From NCBI GenBank assembly GCA_963713605.1, contig CAVQMO010000003.1:96001-160000 (forward strand): DNA of 64,000 bases. Reading direction: 5' to 3'. Below the pieces are notes generated by a model. It made no database searches. It worked only from the letters and a program-made list of their open reading frames with translations, and was not told the origin of the DNA. This DNA is from an uncultured Nitrososphaerales archaeon. GTDB taxonomy: Archaea; Thermoproteota; Nitrososphaeria; Nitrososphaerales; Nitrososphaeraceae. Positions 44,934-56,137 of the stretch are shown here, in pieces (the first letter of the stretch is position 1; every line of letters begins with the position of its first letter). The translations under genes and the position numbers were made by a program.

Positions 44934-46337
44934 ATGACAAACAGGATCAGCAAATCCAACACTCCTAGATACAGCAAATCAGACCTTCATGGATTTCTAC
45001 ACTTGCTTGAGCAGCATAATGACCTTCTTACAATTGATAAACAAGTTAGCCCAAAGTTTGAGCTGGCAGCTATTTCACATAAGCTCGATCGAAAAAAAGC
45101 CGTATTGTTTCAACATGTAGAAGGAAGTGAAATAAGCGTCGTGACTAATATCTTGGGTACTAGAAATAGGTTTTCATTAGCTATTGGGACTGAAGAGCCT
45201 GGATTAATTCATTCTCATATTCTAGAATCAATGTCAAATGCTACTTCTAAAAAAACTATTCAAGATGAACCTCCATTTCAGGATAATTCTTCAACAGATT
45301 TGTATGATCTACCTATTGTGATGCATTTTGAAAAAGATGCAGGTCATTATATTACATCTTCAATAGTCTACGTAAAAGATCAAGAAAGAGAAAACCAAAA
45401 CTCGTCAATTCATCGTTTTCTTAGATTAGATCGTAATCATATGGTAATAAGAATGGTAGAGGGGCGTCATCTTCATAAGTGTTATTCCTTTGCCAAGGAA
45501 CATGGAGAGGACTTAAAAGTTACGATTGTAGTAGGTGTTCATCCCGCTATTAGTATAGCTTCTGCATATCAGGCTGCGTATGGTTTTGATGAAATGATTT
45601 TAGCGAATTCCTTACTTAAAGGTGAGCTTTCCTTAAGTAAAAGTGACTACTCAGGTCTATATGTTCCCACCTTCTCTGAAATTATTCTTGAGGGCAAGAT
45701 ACTTCAGGACAAAACTGCAGAGGAATGGATGGTAGAAATGCTCCGAACCTACGACATAAAGCGACAACAACCCGTATTCGAACTTGATAGAATTAGATTT
45801 AGAGATAATGCTTTCTTTCATGATATCCTACCAGGATATTCTGAGCATCGACTATTGATGGGACTTCCAGTGGAAGCAAAATTATATGAAGGAGTAAAAA
45901 ATGTTGTTGCTTCTACTAAGACAGTTCACTTATCAGATGGAGGAAGTAATTGGTTAACTGCAATAATTCAAATTCATAAGCGACTAGAAGGCGAATCTAA
46001 GAATGCACTGTTGGCCGCGTTCGCAAATCATCCATCATTAAAGATAGCTATAGTAGTTGATGATGACATCGATCCGACTGATCCAGTTTCAATCGAATAT
46101 GCTATCTCCACACGATGTCAAGCAGACAAAGGACTCTTGATAATTCCTAATGCAAAGGGTTCCAGCTTGGATCCTTCTAGCGATCAGGTTAACTTATTGA
46201 CCACAAAATTGGGTATCGATGCCACTGTTAGTCTTCTTAAAGACAAAGAACGATTTGAAATAGCACGTATTCCTGGAGAAGACAAGATAGACCTATCAAA
46301 TTATGTTTCTAAACTTAAATCAAAAACAAAATCTTAG
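44934..46337 (+). CDS. ubiD: UbiD-family prFMN-dependent decarboxylase (possibly anhydromevalonate-phosphate decarboxylase type)
   Basis: EKDAG.YITS, SIHR, RHL, EIILEG, EMLRTYD, VVDDDID, SSLDPS, KLGIDAT. Confidence 0.9.
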   Translation: MTNRISKSNTPRYSKSDLHGFLHLLEQHNDLLTIDKQVSPKFELAAISHKLDRKKAVLFQHVEGSEISVVTNILGTRNRFSLAIGTEEPGLIHSHILESMSNATSKKTIQDEPPFQDNSSTDLYDLPIVMHFEKDAGHYITSSIVYVKDQERENQNSSIHRFLRLDRNHMVIRMVEGRHLHKCYSFAKEHGEDLKVTIVVGVHPAISIASAYQAAYGFDEMILANSLLKGELSLSKSDYSGLYVPTFSEIILEGKILQDKTAEEWMVEMLRTYDIKRQQPVFELDRIRFRDNAFFHDILPGYSEHRLLMGLPVEAKLYEGVKNVVASTKTVHLSDGGSNWLTAIIQIHKRLEGESKNALLAAFANHPSLKIAIVVDDDIDPTDPVSIEYAISTRCQADKGLLIIPNAKGSSLDPSSDQVNLLTTKLGIDATVSLLKDKERFEIARIPGEDKIDLSNYVSKLKSKTKS

Positions 46338-46529
46338 ATACCCGATTTTATTATATGATCCTATGATACGTATTTCTGGTTCTCAATGGTCGAACCTTAA
46401 ACCAATGTTCTTCAGCGAAAGTTCGACTATGTGCATTGACACTCTCGTTGAAGTTCACGGAAAAGCGAGTCATTATCCTCTTCTGCGCAATATCTTAGTA
46501 AGATTGATGATGACCAAGGAAATAGTCCA

Positions 46530-47441
46530 ATGACGACAACGGCAAGTCTATGGCCAGAGTTACCGTTGGCTGAGTGGAAGGACACCTATGAGACACTCCA
46601 TATGTGGACTCAGATCGTGGGAAAGATTCGATTATCTCTCACACATCTAGAGAATCACTGGTGGAATTCTGCTCTATATGTGACATCTCGTGGACTCACG
46701 ACCTCTGCTATGTCATATCATGGTCGACTATTGCAGATGAGCTTCGATTTCATAGCTCACCTACTAGTCATTGAAACTGCAGAAGGTTATACGAAAACTG
46801 TCGCTCTGAAACCGCGCTCAGTAGCTGAATTTTATCGAGAAACGATGACATCCTTAGCATCACTTGAAATGCCTGTAACAATTTGGACCACGCCAGTAGA
46901 AGTGCCCGACCGAACCCCATTCGAAAAGGATCAGGAACATGCAGCATATGATCCAAAATATGCAGAGCGGTTCTGGCGAATTTTGGCTCAAGTTAGTAGA
47001 GTATTTACGGAGTTTCGTTGCAGGTTTACCGGTAAGGTGAGCCCAGTTCATTTTTTCTGGGGAGCTTTTGATCTGGCTGTGACCCGTTTTTCAGGACGCC
47101 CAGCACCTGCTCATCCTGGAGCGCCTAACGTAGCCCAGTTTGTGCAAGCAGAAGCGTATTCACATGAGGTAAGTAGTTGCGGATTCTGGCCCGGCGGTGG
47201 TCCTATTAATGAACCAGTTTTCTATGCCTATGCCTATCCAGAGCCTCCTGGATTTAAGGACTATTCAATCCAACCACCTGAAGCTTTCTATCATACTGGG
47301 ATGGGCGAATTCTTACTGCCATACGATGCGGTTAGAATAGCAAATTCACCTGATGAGAAATTGCTGAATTTCCTACAAAGCACCTATGAAGCAGCTGCGA
47401 CGGGTGCTAACTGGGATCGTAACGCATTGGAGCGTCGGTAA
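46530..47441 (+). CDS. DUF5996-family protein
   Basis: WP.LP..EW.DT..TLH.WTQIVGK, GK.SPVHFFWG.FDLAVTRFSGR, AYSHE.S.GFWPG. Confidence 0.88.
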   Translation: MTTTASLWPELPLAEWKDTYETLHMWTQIVGKIRLSLTHLENHWWNSALYVTSRGLTTSAMSYHGRLLQMSFDFIAHLLVIETAEGYTKTVALKPRSVAEFYRETMTSLASLEMPVTIWTTPVEVPDRTPFEKDQEHAAYDPKYAERFWRILAQVSRVFTEFRCRFTGKVSPVHFFWGAFDLAVTRFSGRPAPAHPGAPNVAQFVQAEAYSHEVSSCGFWPGGGPINEPVFYAYAYPEPPGFKDYSIQPPEAFYHTGMGEFLLPYDAVRIANSPDEKLLNFLQSTYEAAATGANWDRNALERR

Positions 47442-47672
47442 GTGGTATGTTACCACCAGCAGCATATTACTGTATTGTGGATGAAGTCGAGACGGTTAGT
47501 GGGCAGTACAAGGCACTCCTGTTATGGCTCATCCGCTAGAATTTTTAATACTTTTCCTGTTATACCACCCACACCTTTCATTGTCTTTAGTAGAAAATAA
47601 ATCAGATTTAATTTAGCGCTTGTTCTTTCTTAAAATAGAAAAGCAAGACAGTGGTTACAATCTATCAGAAGC

Positions 47673-47909
47673 ATGAACAATAAACATCTCCTTATCATAG
47701 CAGCAGTGACAGTTATGTTGATCGGCGCAACAGCACTTTCTACAATAGATAGCGCATTCGCAGGTAAGAAGAAATATGAGAAGAGCCAAGCTGCATCTCA
47801 AGCCAATGCATGTGGCAATGGTGAATTGCCATTGAATGTTTTCTGTCAAAACCTATTATCGCAAATTCAGGGAGACGGAAACGCAGTAAACCTCATCGGA
47901 GTACAATGA
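47673..47909 (+). CDS. small secreted two-Cys Gln/Asn-rich protein, copy 1
   Basis: Signal peptide ending AFA; SQANACGNG.LPLNVFC.N..SQIQGD. Confidence 0.85.
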   Translation: MNNKHLLIIAAVTVMLIGATALSTIDSAFAGKKKYEKSQAASQANACGNGELPLNVFCQNLLSQIQGDGNAVNLIGVQ

Positions 47910-48121
47910 TAAAAATCGCCGTCATATGATATACCACTCTTTTTATTTCTAAATTCTATAAATAACGTATTCTTGGACTTTAAGATTTTATGATTGCACG
48001 GTAAGATTTGTAGTAGCGAAGATTTTTTCATATTATTTGATATAATAGATATACGATTTGTGTATCCTATTGTTTTTTCTTAAATGACATAAACTCCAAA
48101 TGATAAAAATATTATGGAAAC

Positions 48122-48391
48122 ATGAACTACAGATTTCTTGCCACTATTGCAGCCTTCACCTCTATTATTGCAACATCAATTGTGAGCACGCATATTGTAT
48201 TTGCCAGTAATTACGAAAAAAGTCAAACTATATCACAAACTAATGATTGCGGCAATTACTGGTTTCCACTAAATGTTTTGTGCTCCAACGTAGGTTCTCA
48301 AGTGCAGGGGGATGAAAATAGCGTTAGTATAGCCACTGGACAAGCAGAGGGAAAAGTTGAATCTAGTGAAAACTTTACTCCATTTCCGTAG
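48122..48391 (+). CDS. small secreted two-Cys Gln/Asn-rich protein, copy 2
   Basis: Signal peptide ending VFA; SQTNDCGN..PLNVLCSN..SQVQGD. Confidence 0.85.
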   Translation: MNYRFLATIAAFTSIIATSIVSTHIVFASNYEKSQTISQTNDCGNYWFPLNVLCSNVGSQVQGDENSVSIATGQAEGKVESSENFTPFP

Positions 48392-48848
48392 AAGTATTTC
48401 GGTTCGCAATATGCTAAACTGCTAGTCTTAGTTCCTACGTCCACTTTACAAATATATTACTATAATACACTACACTCTGTGGCACGATAGGTCAGATTTA
48501 GTGATATTCAATTTCTCTACTCTATTTATTCATAGGCTAAACACGGTCTATAATAGGGAAATGGCCACTGCAATAATAATCGGGGGGCATCAGATATAAT
48601 TGTTCAATCTTATAGAAGGCGAAATTACATTTCTAAAGTGAAAAAATCGATATTAGAGAATAACATAGATTACATTAAGATCAATAACGAAGCATTTCCA
48701 AGATCAGAAATAGTAAAGCAAAAAAATCGAAAGTGAATGGATATTATTTCAAACATTAAACCATAATTCATAGCCATAGGCATCAAGTAACAAAGTTACG
48801 TATCATTGGTGAACAATGGCTTTAATAGTCTTTCTAGATTTCTCTCCT

Positions 48849-49397
48849 ATGAAATCGTACAAACAATTTGCTGGCAAGAAGAAACTGATTGCTACTATCT
48901 TAGGAGTTGGAACGCTTCTATCAGCTATCTTCTTAGTTTCACCACTGGTATCTACAATGGCACAACAACAATTGCAACAACAACAGTTTGAAACAAATGA
49001 TCCGATACTGAATCAATTTAAAACAGAACCTACAATAAATGGATCTGTAAGCATTGCAGACAACTTAATAAATTTCCTTAAAGAGAGTACAAAGGTACCA
49101 TTTATTTCTGCTGCTGAAACAGCGCAACAACAAATTACCAATGGGACAGTATTAGGAGGTCACTTAGGAGCAACAAATGGATATCTTGTTTACACATACT
49201 TGGTAGTAAATCCGACTGATAAAACAATACACAAAGTAATTATCGATGCGGGGAATGGGGAAGTTTTAAGCACGTCTGCAGGTGATTCATTGGAATCGTT
49301 CGGTCAATCAAGACACGCAGAGTTTGGATATTGGAAGGGACACCATGGTTTCTTTGGAGGGTTATGGAATAGTCTACCACTTGGATCTGCACCTTAG
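48849..49397 (+). CDS. secreted PepSY-like domain protein
   Basis: Signal peptide; AAETAQ...GTV...NGYLVY...KVIIDAGNGEVL. Confidence 0.75.
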   Translation: MKSYKQFAGKKKLIATILGVGTLLSAIFLVSPLVSTMAQQQLQQQQFETNDPILNQFKTEPTINGSVSIADNLINFLKESTKVPFISAAETAQQQITNGTVLGGHLGATNGYLVYTYLVVNPTDKTIHKVIIDAGNGEVLSTSAGDSLESFGQSRHAEFGYWKGHHGFFGGLWNSLPLGSAP

Positions 49398-49438
49398 ATA
49401 TCATTTGGATCCAATAATAATAATGAAGGTATTGGATC

Positions 49439-50000
49439 ATGGTAACAATTGCGATGACTAGAGTAGTATTTTAATTGTTCATGACAATAGTACCGGCGCT
49501 CACGGTAACTTCAATGAACCTTACTTGCAGTAGCGCAGCACCACCAGTTTCAGCACAAAGTGTATCCGCACCGTTACTTACAGAACAAGTTAAAGTCACT
49601 CGTGAGATGTCTGCACCAATTGATCAAAATTTGGAATATTGTTTCGAATTTTAATGAAAAGACAAAATATTGGTCAATAATTAAAGACATCAAAAATATC
49701 AACCAGACAGGTAATATGACTGATAGAGAGGTTACAATTGGTCGCCAGGATACAAAAAACTCATCAGTTTGTAACATTACATCCGGACCAAAAGTTAATA
49801 GTAACAAACATCGCTGAAGGGCATGTGATTGGCACCCGATTGCTCACACTGAACTCTCTTTCTGACACTAATGCAACAAGGGTTGATGTAGCTTGGGATT
49901 TGGATGAGTAACATCCCACTATTCGCATGAGGTTTCGCGAAGGACAACTTTATGAAAACAACTGAAGAAGCATTGGTAAAATAGAACAGGCTGTCAAATG
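49439..50000 (+). pseudogene. SRPBCC/START-family secreted protein remnant
   Basis: Across frames: REMSAPIDQ/IWNIVSN...KYW...REVTI...GTRLLTL...TRVDVAWD; several frameshifts and stops. Confidence 0.55.
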
Positions 50001-50280
50001 GATCCCTCCCCCATTCTTCCTTTTCTTCATGGAAGATTTTGCAGTTTGATATGGATCCCGGTACCTACTGTAACCGATCCAGAGCGAATCGGATTGGTTA
50101 TCCTTAGCCCGCTTATATTCAATTTTATGTTCTAGAAAAACAAGTTAGGTCATGTGATGGAAACGTGAAACAATAAGCTAGCATAGAATTGGAATAGTCG
50201 GTTTGGTGTGCATAAGTTATGCTGCATAAGTTATGCTCAAATATTATCTTACAATTTTCTAATATTGATTGGTAAGAATA

Positions 50281-50550
50281 TGATCAATACAATCAACGGC
50301 CATAGTAAAACTCTAGAGATGGAATGCTCACAGATAATTAAAAACCACACTAATTGTAAAATACGATTTGATGAGAATGCATTTCCCACAAGGGTTACAT
50401 CCTTTATTATCGATAACGAAATTTCACTCATCATTGAATCAAAGGATGAAGACAAAGGAAAACCTTGATGAGATGACAGGGTTAGCTACATACTCTAACA
50501 GTGAATCAACTGTTTATCCTATATAACTATCTTTGAGACGAGTTACATTA
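50281..50550 (+). pseudogene. fragment of a histidine-kinase accessory domain
   Basis: IIDNEISLIIESKDE...GLATYSNSESTV...TIFET resembles the segment preceding HisKA in Nitrososphaeraceae kinases; frameshifted. Confidence 0.55.
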
Positions 50551-50932
50551 GAGAAGAAGAACTAAAAATGAAATAGCTAGTTCAAGTTATATATCCATAT
50601 ATTTAATTGCAAAATAACAAAACTAGAATCGTTAGTTTATTAGTTGATTTTTGATATCCTCTAATTTTCTTTCCATTACATTTAGAAATTTAGATACATA
50701 GTACCATCTATCCATATTGCGACTATTATGGCAAAATGTTGCCCATGTTATAAGTTATCGTTCTCCAACCTAGACAAGATCTATAATTCGAACCATTAGA
50801 GTTTACAGGCAATGATATTTATCACCAAGTAGGCTATGTAGACAAACGAAGATAACTTGGATCAATGCAATATCTACCCGCTTTATCCAAGAGGAAGTAG
50901 AAAACTTTCGAATGAAATTGCTACTACCAATC

Positions 50933-52828
50933 TCATTGTGGACTTGTATTGATGAGGCCTGATATGCCTGATATTGGTAAGCTAAAGTAAAATGTCGCTC
51001 CATTTCCATCATTGTTATTCTCTGCCCAAATCTTGCCACCATGAGCTTCAATGATATTTTTTGAAACATACAATCCTAAACCAGTACCCGAAAAGGATTT
51101 GGTAACGAACTTTGAAAATAATTTTGGCATTATTTCTGGGTCGATACCGGTACCATTGTCCTTAACGCTAACTATAACGTTTCCATTAGGTATTTCGCTA
51201 TTATCGCTGTCACTACGCGCTACAACTATGTCCAATTTTCCATTTTGTTGTGGTGCAAATTTTATTGCATTATCAATTAAATTACTAATCACCTGAGTTA
51301 TTCTGCCTTTATCTGCTTGAACATACACACCAGCCTTCTCTGGCTGAAATGAGATTTCTGGAAATTGGTTATACTTTTCATTGTTGTTTCGTCTGATCTG
51401 ACTTCTATACTCTTGTAATATGGAGGTAATAGTATCATTGATACTGAATACTTCCTTCTTAATGTCCAGAGTGTGACCTTCAATCCTTGTAACGTCTAGG
51501 ACATCTTCTGCTAACCTCTGCAACCTCTTGGCATTTCTAATCACTATATCAAACAGCTTCTGTTGCTCAGAATTAGTTACTTTGGAACGGATAATAGTCA
51601 TAATACCAATAATTGGTTGCAGTGGTGTTCTCAATTCATGGGCGGCTATATCAATAAATTCCTTCTGTGTCTTATTATGTATCTTTAACTGTTCGTAGGC
51701 CGATGTTAGCTCTTTATTTGCCTTGTCTAGCTCTCTCGTTCTAGTGTTTACGATAGCATGCAATCTCCTGTTCCAGGTAAGAATTATGTATGCAATGACA
51801 GACGCTACCGAACCTATGATTATAATAATCAGAATGCTAAAATACTTTTGCTCGCCGATTGCAGAGGCTACATCACCGGCTAGATTGTGAGGGGCAGCAA
51901 CGTACAGGGTCAAAAAATTCGTTCCATTTAGTAGTACCGGTGAGAAAGCTATTGTGCTTACAGTGCCCTCTTTAGAAATTACATCTATTGATCCACTACT
52001 GTCATTACTATTGACCGAAGCTTTCAGAGCTTCATTTAACTGATCGCGTGACCTCTGTGAGAGTAGTGTTGAAAGTGCTGATTGCAATTCTCTCCCAAAG
52101 ATATTTTTGCCAACATACGATTGAGTATTTGCATAAAGTACCAAACCATTTTTGTCCACTAATCCAATTGTGCTATTAAATTGTGGAAGGAGCTGGTTTT
52201 TTAAAAGATCACCTAATACACTAGTCGTTATTCCTGCGACTACTACACCCATAAATGATCCTTTCTCTGTAGCATTAGTGCCTCTGTATTCTACTCCTTG
52301 CTTGCTCAAAATAGGGTATGATAAGAAATATCGAGGAACTTGATCATTTGACTCGATAAGGCTGCTATAGTATTCCATGCCTCTATCCCTTGCCATTGTA
52401 AAGTATGGCCTATAGCTCAGGTCAAAGCCTTTGTATTGCTGGTATGCGGTAGAGTTAATGTTGCTAATCCATTCTATCTTACCATCCTCATTAAGCCACA
52501 TGTAGAAGTCAGTTAGACTGTTTGTGTAATTTTGCCTGGAGTCAATTATCAGACGCGCCCTCTGATATTCATTATTTTGTAGTGCAGGAGCGTCTGCCAA
52601 CGTTTGCAGAAGAGGAATTATGGATTCTAAACGATTCGTGAGTATTTCCGACAGATCATGAGCTTGAATTATGGCATTGGATCTTATCTCTTGTGTAGCA
52701 ATATCGACAACCTTAGTAGAGATTGAATTAGAATATTGAAATGCAAGTATAGAGAGGATAATTGCTGTAGCACTAATAGCTACCAACATGACAAGGCTAT
52801 TCTTCGATATCTTAAGTCCTCTCAGCAA
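50933..52828 (-). CDS. membrane sensor histidine kinase (Cache-like sensor)
   Basis: Two TMs, DLSYRPYF, AAHELRTP, NLIDNAIKF, DNGTG, GTGLGL. Confidence 0.95.
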   Translation of the reverse strand: MLRGLKISKNSLVMLVAISATAIILSILAFQYSNSISTKVVDIATQEIRSNAIIQAHDLSEILTNRLESIIPLLQTLADAPALQNNEYQRARLIIDSRQNYTNSLTDFYMWLNEDGKIEWISNINSTAYQQYKGFDLSYRPYFTMARDRGMEYYSSLIESNDQVPRYFLSYPILSKQGVEYRGTNATEKGSFMGVVVAGITTSVLGDLLKNQLLPQFNSTIGLVDKNGLVLYANTQSYVGKNIFGRELQSALSTLLSQRSRDQLNEALKASVNSNDSSGSIDVISKEGTVSTIAFSPVLLNGTNFLTLYVAAPHNLAGDVASAIGEQKYFSILIIIIIGSVASVIAYIILTWNRRLHAIVNTRTRELDKANKELTSAYEQLKIHNKTQKEFIDIAAHELRTPLQPIIGIMTIIRSKVTNSEQQKLFDIVIRNAKRLQRLAEDVLDVTRIEGHTLDIKKEVFSINDTITSILQEYRSQIRRNNNEKYNQFPEISFQPEKAGVYVQADKGRITQVISNLIDNAIKFAPQQNGKLDIVVARSDSDNSEIPNGNVIVSVKDNGTGIDPEIMPKLFSKFVTKSFSGTGLGLYVSKNIIEAHGGKIWAENNNDGNGATFYFSLPISGISGLINTSPQ

Positions 52829-53333
52829 AGTATCTAGTGATCATCAAACACGTAGTTCTTATAGTAAAAGTTTACTTAAGATTTAGACATGGTGCAGTGC
52901 AGAAAAAATCTAAATAGCATTCATTTCTTCAGACGACACATACATTAGCAATGAGTCTATGGCCGTTCACTATTATTATTTAACAAGTAGTAGAAATTTC
53001 GAAATTAATTTCTAGCGTCAAACAATGTATTAGGACGCTTTACTGAGTTTATATGACAAGAGCGATAGCAATGTGGGCTATAAGTTCTTTACTTGATCGT
53101 TTTCTCTGAATTCCTAGCGAAGTATATGTTACATTCATTAGCCCTTGCCAATAGACAAAAAATATAGCATTATACCATTCAGATTCAAAATATGCCTAAT
53201 TCTTGCTCATAAATCTTATACAATAAGGTTACTATCAACAATGAATAATATTTCTAAGATTTTGGTAGCAGCCAGAATATTCACACCAGTTACAGTCTTT
53301 ATTTTTTGTCCAAAAAATGCTTTAAAATCATTC

Positions 53334-53573
53334 ATGACTTTTGCAATAGTGGCAGCAGTAGCAGTAATGCTCGTTGCATCATCAGCAGCAGTAGCAACAG
53401 AAGACGCATTTGCAGGCACGAAAAAGAAGAAAGAATACAACCAAACACTGTCACAAGCAAATGCTTGTGGAAATGGTAAACTACCATTGAACGTGTTCTG
53501 CTCAAATAGTGGTTCACAGATTCAAGGCGATGAGAGCGCAGTCAGTGTTTCATCTTATCAAGCAGGCAGTTAA
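53334..53573 (+). CDS. small secreted two-Cys Gln/Asn-rich protein, copy 3
   Basis: Signal peptide ending AFA; SQANACGNGKLPLNVFCSN..SQIQGD. Confidence 0.82.
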   Translation: MTFAIVAAVAVMLVASSAAVATEDAFAGTKKKKEYNQTLSQANACGNGKLPLNVFCSNSGSQIQGDESAVSVSSYQAGS

Positions 53574-53887
53574 AACGAGGACTGTACACCGATAAAAAGG
53601 CTAGCGCCAAAAATCCTTTCTCTTTTTTCGTTCATTTCAATATATTTGTGCGTCAGAAATGTATGTTCAACCAGGGTTTATCGAAATACGTCAAATCCGT
53701 AAGTACTTTCCTGGAATCAAGTATTAATTCTCATATGACTGATTCAACCTTTCTGTCTAGAATCGAATCAGTTAAACTGTGATGGCCCGCCATTTATAAA
53801 CACACGGACTGGAATATCTTGAATGACGTATAAGCATATATTATTTATGTGTTAGTATATACGTAATAGGATTGATACCCCAGGGAT

Positions 53888-54253
53888 ATGAATAACTTTT
53901 TCTCAAAAACTAATCGAGAGCTTTTTTTGTATCAACTGAAATGGTTAGCAGTTTTTATGGCCATAGGTTTTATTATAATATATTTGTTTGAATTTCCTCT
54001 TGATCTTATAATGCTAATAATAGCATTCATTATAATCAATATTTACAAGACAAGGGTAATGCTGAAAAAACTTGGCATTTTGAATGACAGCAATGTGAAA
54101 GATATTAGGGGTTTCATTAAATCATTATTTAGGTCACCCGTTTCATCTATGGATAGTAACACTTCAGTAAGATACTATTGTATGTCATGTGGAAACGAGC
54201 ACAAAGAAATTGCATGTCCTAAATGCGGTTCAAAGATGAAGAGAGTAGGATGA
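53888..54253 (+). CDS. membrane protein with C-terminal Zn ribbon
   Basis: Two TMs; CMSCG...CPKCGSKM. Confidence 0.8.
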   Translation: MNNFFSKTNRELFLYQLKWLAVFMAIGFIIIYLFEFPLDLIMLIIAFIIINIYKTRVMLKKLGILNDSNVKDIRGFIKSLFRSPVSSMDSNTSVRYYCMSCGNEHKEIACPKCGSKMKRVG

Positions 54254-54809
54254 AATTTTTGACTTCTGATTTTGAACTCTAGTACCAGGTAGTATCCAGA
54301 ACTCTTTCACATCAATCGTTATCCAATCTGATGTATCATCTGGTAAATCTATGAAGAACCTCTCTACCAACGTCAATTGGATCCTTGACGATTACTATGA
54401 CGGTACAAGGATTTGAGTTGGGTGAAGTTAGGTTCTATGTCCGAGTTCACTCTTCATTGTAACGTTAAACGGTAACGACAATTGTTGTATTACTCTTTGG
54501 TTATCACGAAATGATTTTCGTCATGTTCACCATTGTTGTTCAATGATCCTTGATGTTATTACAAATTAAAAATAAGGAGCCGAGCCCCGTGAAGATATGA
54601 AGGAGAGCTGTCCAAAATGCTATCAGATTTCAATCCATACCGGAGCAGACTTTTATTTAGAACAATCGTATGAGCTTGCTTCATAGTGTGAAGATAGGTA
54701 AAAAAATATGTTTTTAGTCTACGTTACTTCATGACAAATCTCATCTGGTTCTATTTTCTTAGCCAACCAAAGAATTGGTTCTGCCTTTTATTTTGCAGTT
54801 ATATTATGA

Positions 54810-55337
54810 TTATTCTCGAACTTTGAAAGCAACAACATTATCCGTTACCTCGAATTCAGGTTCGTTAGCTAAAGACAATTCAGCAAAGACGTAACGAAAT
54901 ACCCTTTCAAAATAAAGCGACCATCTTCTTCCCATTTCATGTTGGATCACAAGGCGATGATTTCTGTCATGATCCGTTGTGTGATACGAATATTGAAATC
55001 CCGATACCCTAAGCCATGATTCGATTGTCTGAAGAAAGGAGTTTAGATTGTGCTCTCCTCTTAATAAGAGTGTCAAATCTTTCATTTCATTCTTTGCAAT
55101 GTGTTCAGAAAGCTTTTCCACTTCCTCTTCCTCAAGTTGATTCATCATTATTATTAGCAATGACTTGGGGATTGAGACCATGCCTGATGTAGAGGCATAT
55201 GCATCATATTCCGCATGAGTGGTGAATACCTGAGTAGCCAATGTGTTTAGGCTAATTCTTTTCTGCGCTGCTTCATGCTTCAACTTATTGAGAATATCGC
55301 TTCTAAATCTAAGAGTAATGCTGCCTACTTCCAACAC
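54810..55337 (-). CDS. RHH-domain regulator with C-terminal alpha/beta (4VR-like) domain
   Basis: ITLRF...L..EA.QKRISLNTL; HEMG..WS; paralogue of 55553. Confidence 0.75.
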   Translation of the reverse strand: MLEVGSITLRFRSDILNKLKHEAAQKRISLNTLATQVFTTHAEYDAYASTSGMVSIPKSLLIIMMNQLEEEEVEKLSEHIAKNEMKDLTLLLRGEHNLNSFLQTIESWLRVSGFQYSYHTTDHDRNHRLVIQHEMGRRWSLYFERVFRYVFAELSLANEPEFEVTDNVVAFKVRE

Positions 55338-55552
55338 TCATTATTATTCTCAATCTTTTCCAAATTCTTTTCCCAGGTTATTATTAGGATAATGTATGAG
55401 TTTAAATACTTTACGCCCAATTGCCATAATAATATTGCAAAGCACCCAGAGAATTGCAGAATACATCTATTGCCAGGCTTATTATTATATTTTAGAATTT
55501 AATTGCATATAAAGCGCAATCTCTAAGAAGGGCGACCGAGACTTTATCCTAT

Positions 55553-56089
55553 ATGACTATGAGCTTACCTAAGACGTCCACTAATTGTGTTACATTCAGA
55601 ATCCCCATTCAGAAGCTGGCTGACCTACGCACGGAATCGGAGGCTAAACAAGTCAGTTTTAATACTTTAGTTAATCAAATTATCAAAGAGCATCTTGAAT
55701 GGCACACTTTAGCTTCCCAGGCTAAGCTATACTATATGCCAAAGTCATTCTTAATGAGAGTAATTGAACAGCTAGCTGAAGAAGAACTAGATGAATTAGC
55801 ACGAGACACGGCAAAAAATGATATCGTAGATGTAAGCCTCTTTTTGCGAGGAAGCTTTACGCTCTCTTCCTTATCCAATATAACCGAAACTTGGTTAAGA
55901 ATATCACGGATACCTCATAGATTTGAAACTCATGAGGATCATGATAGGATCATTATTGAACATGATATGGGATTCAAATATTCCTATTTCATCAGGCAAA
56001 TCGCAAGATATGTTCTAGAAGTAGCATTGGAAGCAAAGATGTCATGCGATATCACCGATAACACTGTTGTCCTCAAACTTTACCAGTAG
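55553..56089 (+). CDS. RHH-domain regulator, divergent paralogue
   Basis: VTFRI...L..ES..KQVSFNTLVNQI; PKS, ETWLRIS, HDMG, TDN.V. Confidence 0.75.
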   Translation: MTMSLPKTSTNCVTFRIPIQKLADLRTESEAKQVSFNTLVNQIIKEHLEWHTLASQAKLYYMPKSFLMRVIEQLAEEELDELARDTAKNDIVDVSLFLRGSFTLSSLSNITETWLRISRIPHRFETHEDHDRIIIEHDMGFKYSYFIRQIARYVLEVALEAKMSCDITDNTVVLKLYQ

Positions 56090-56137
56090 ATGCACATGTA
56101 TGTACAAATGCCAAAGTAATAATTATGGAGTACTGCC

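Noticed and set aside
47673..48391. Small Cys peptides as RiPP precursors
   Set aside because: They carry Sec-type signal peptides, with no modifying enzyme, dedicated transporter or leader peptidase recognised nearby.
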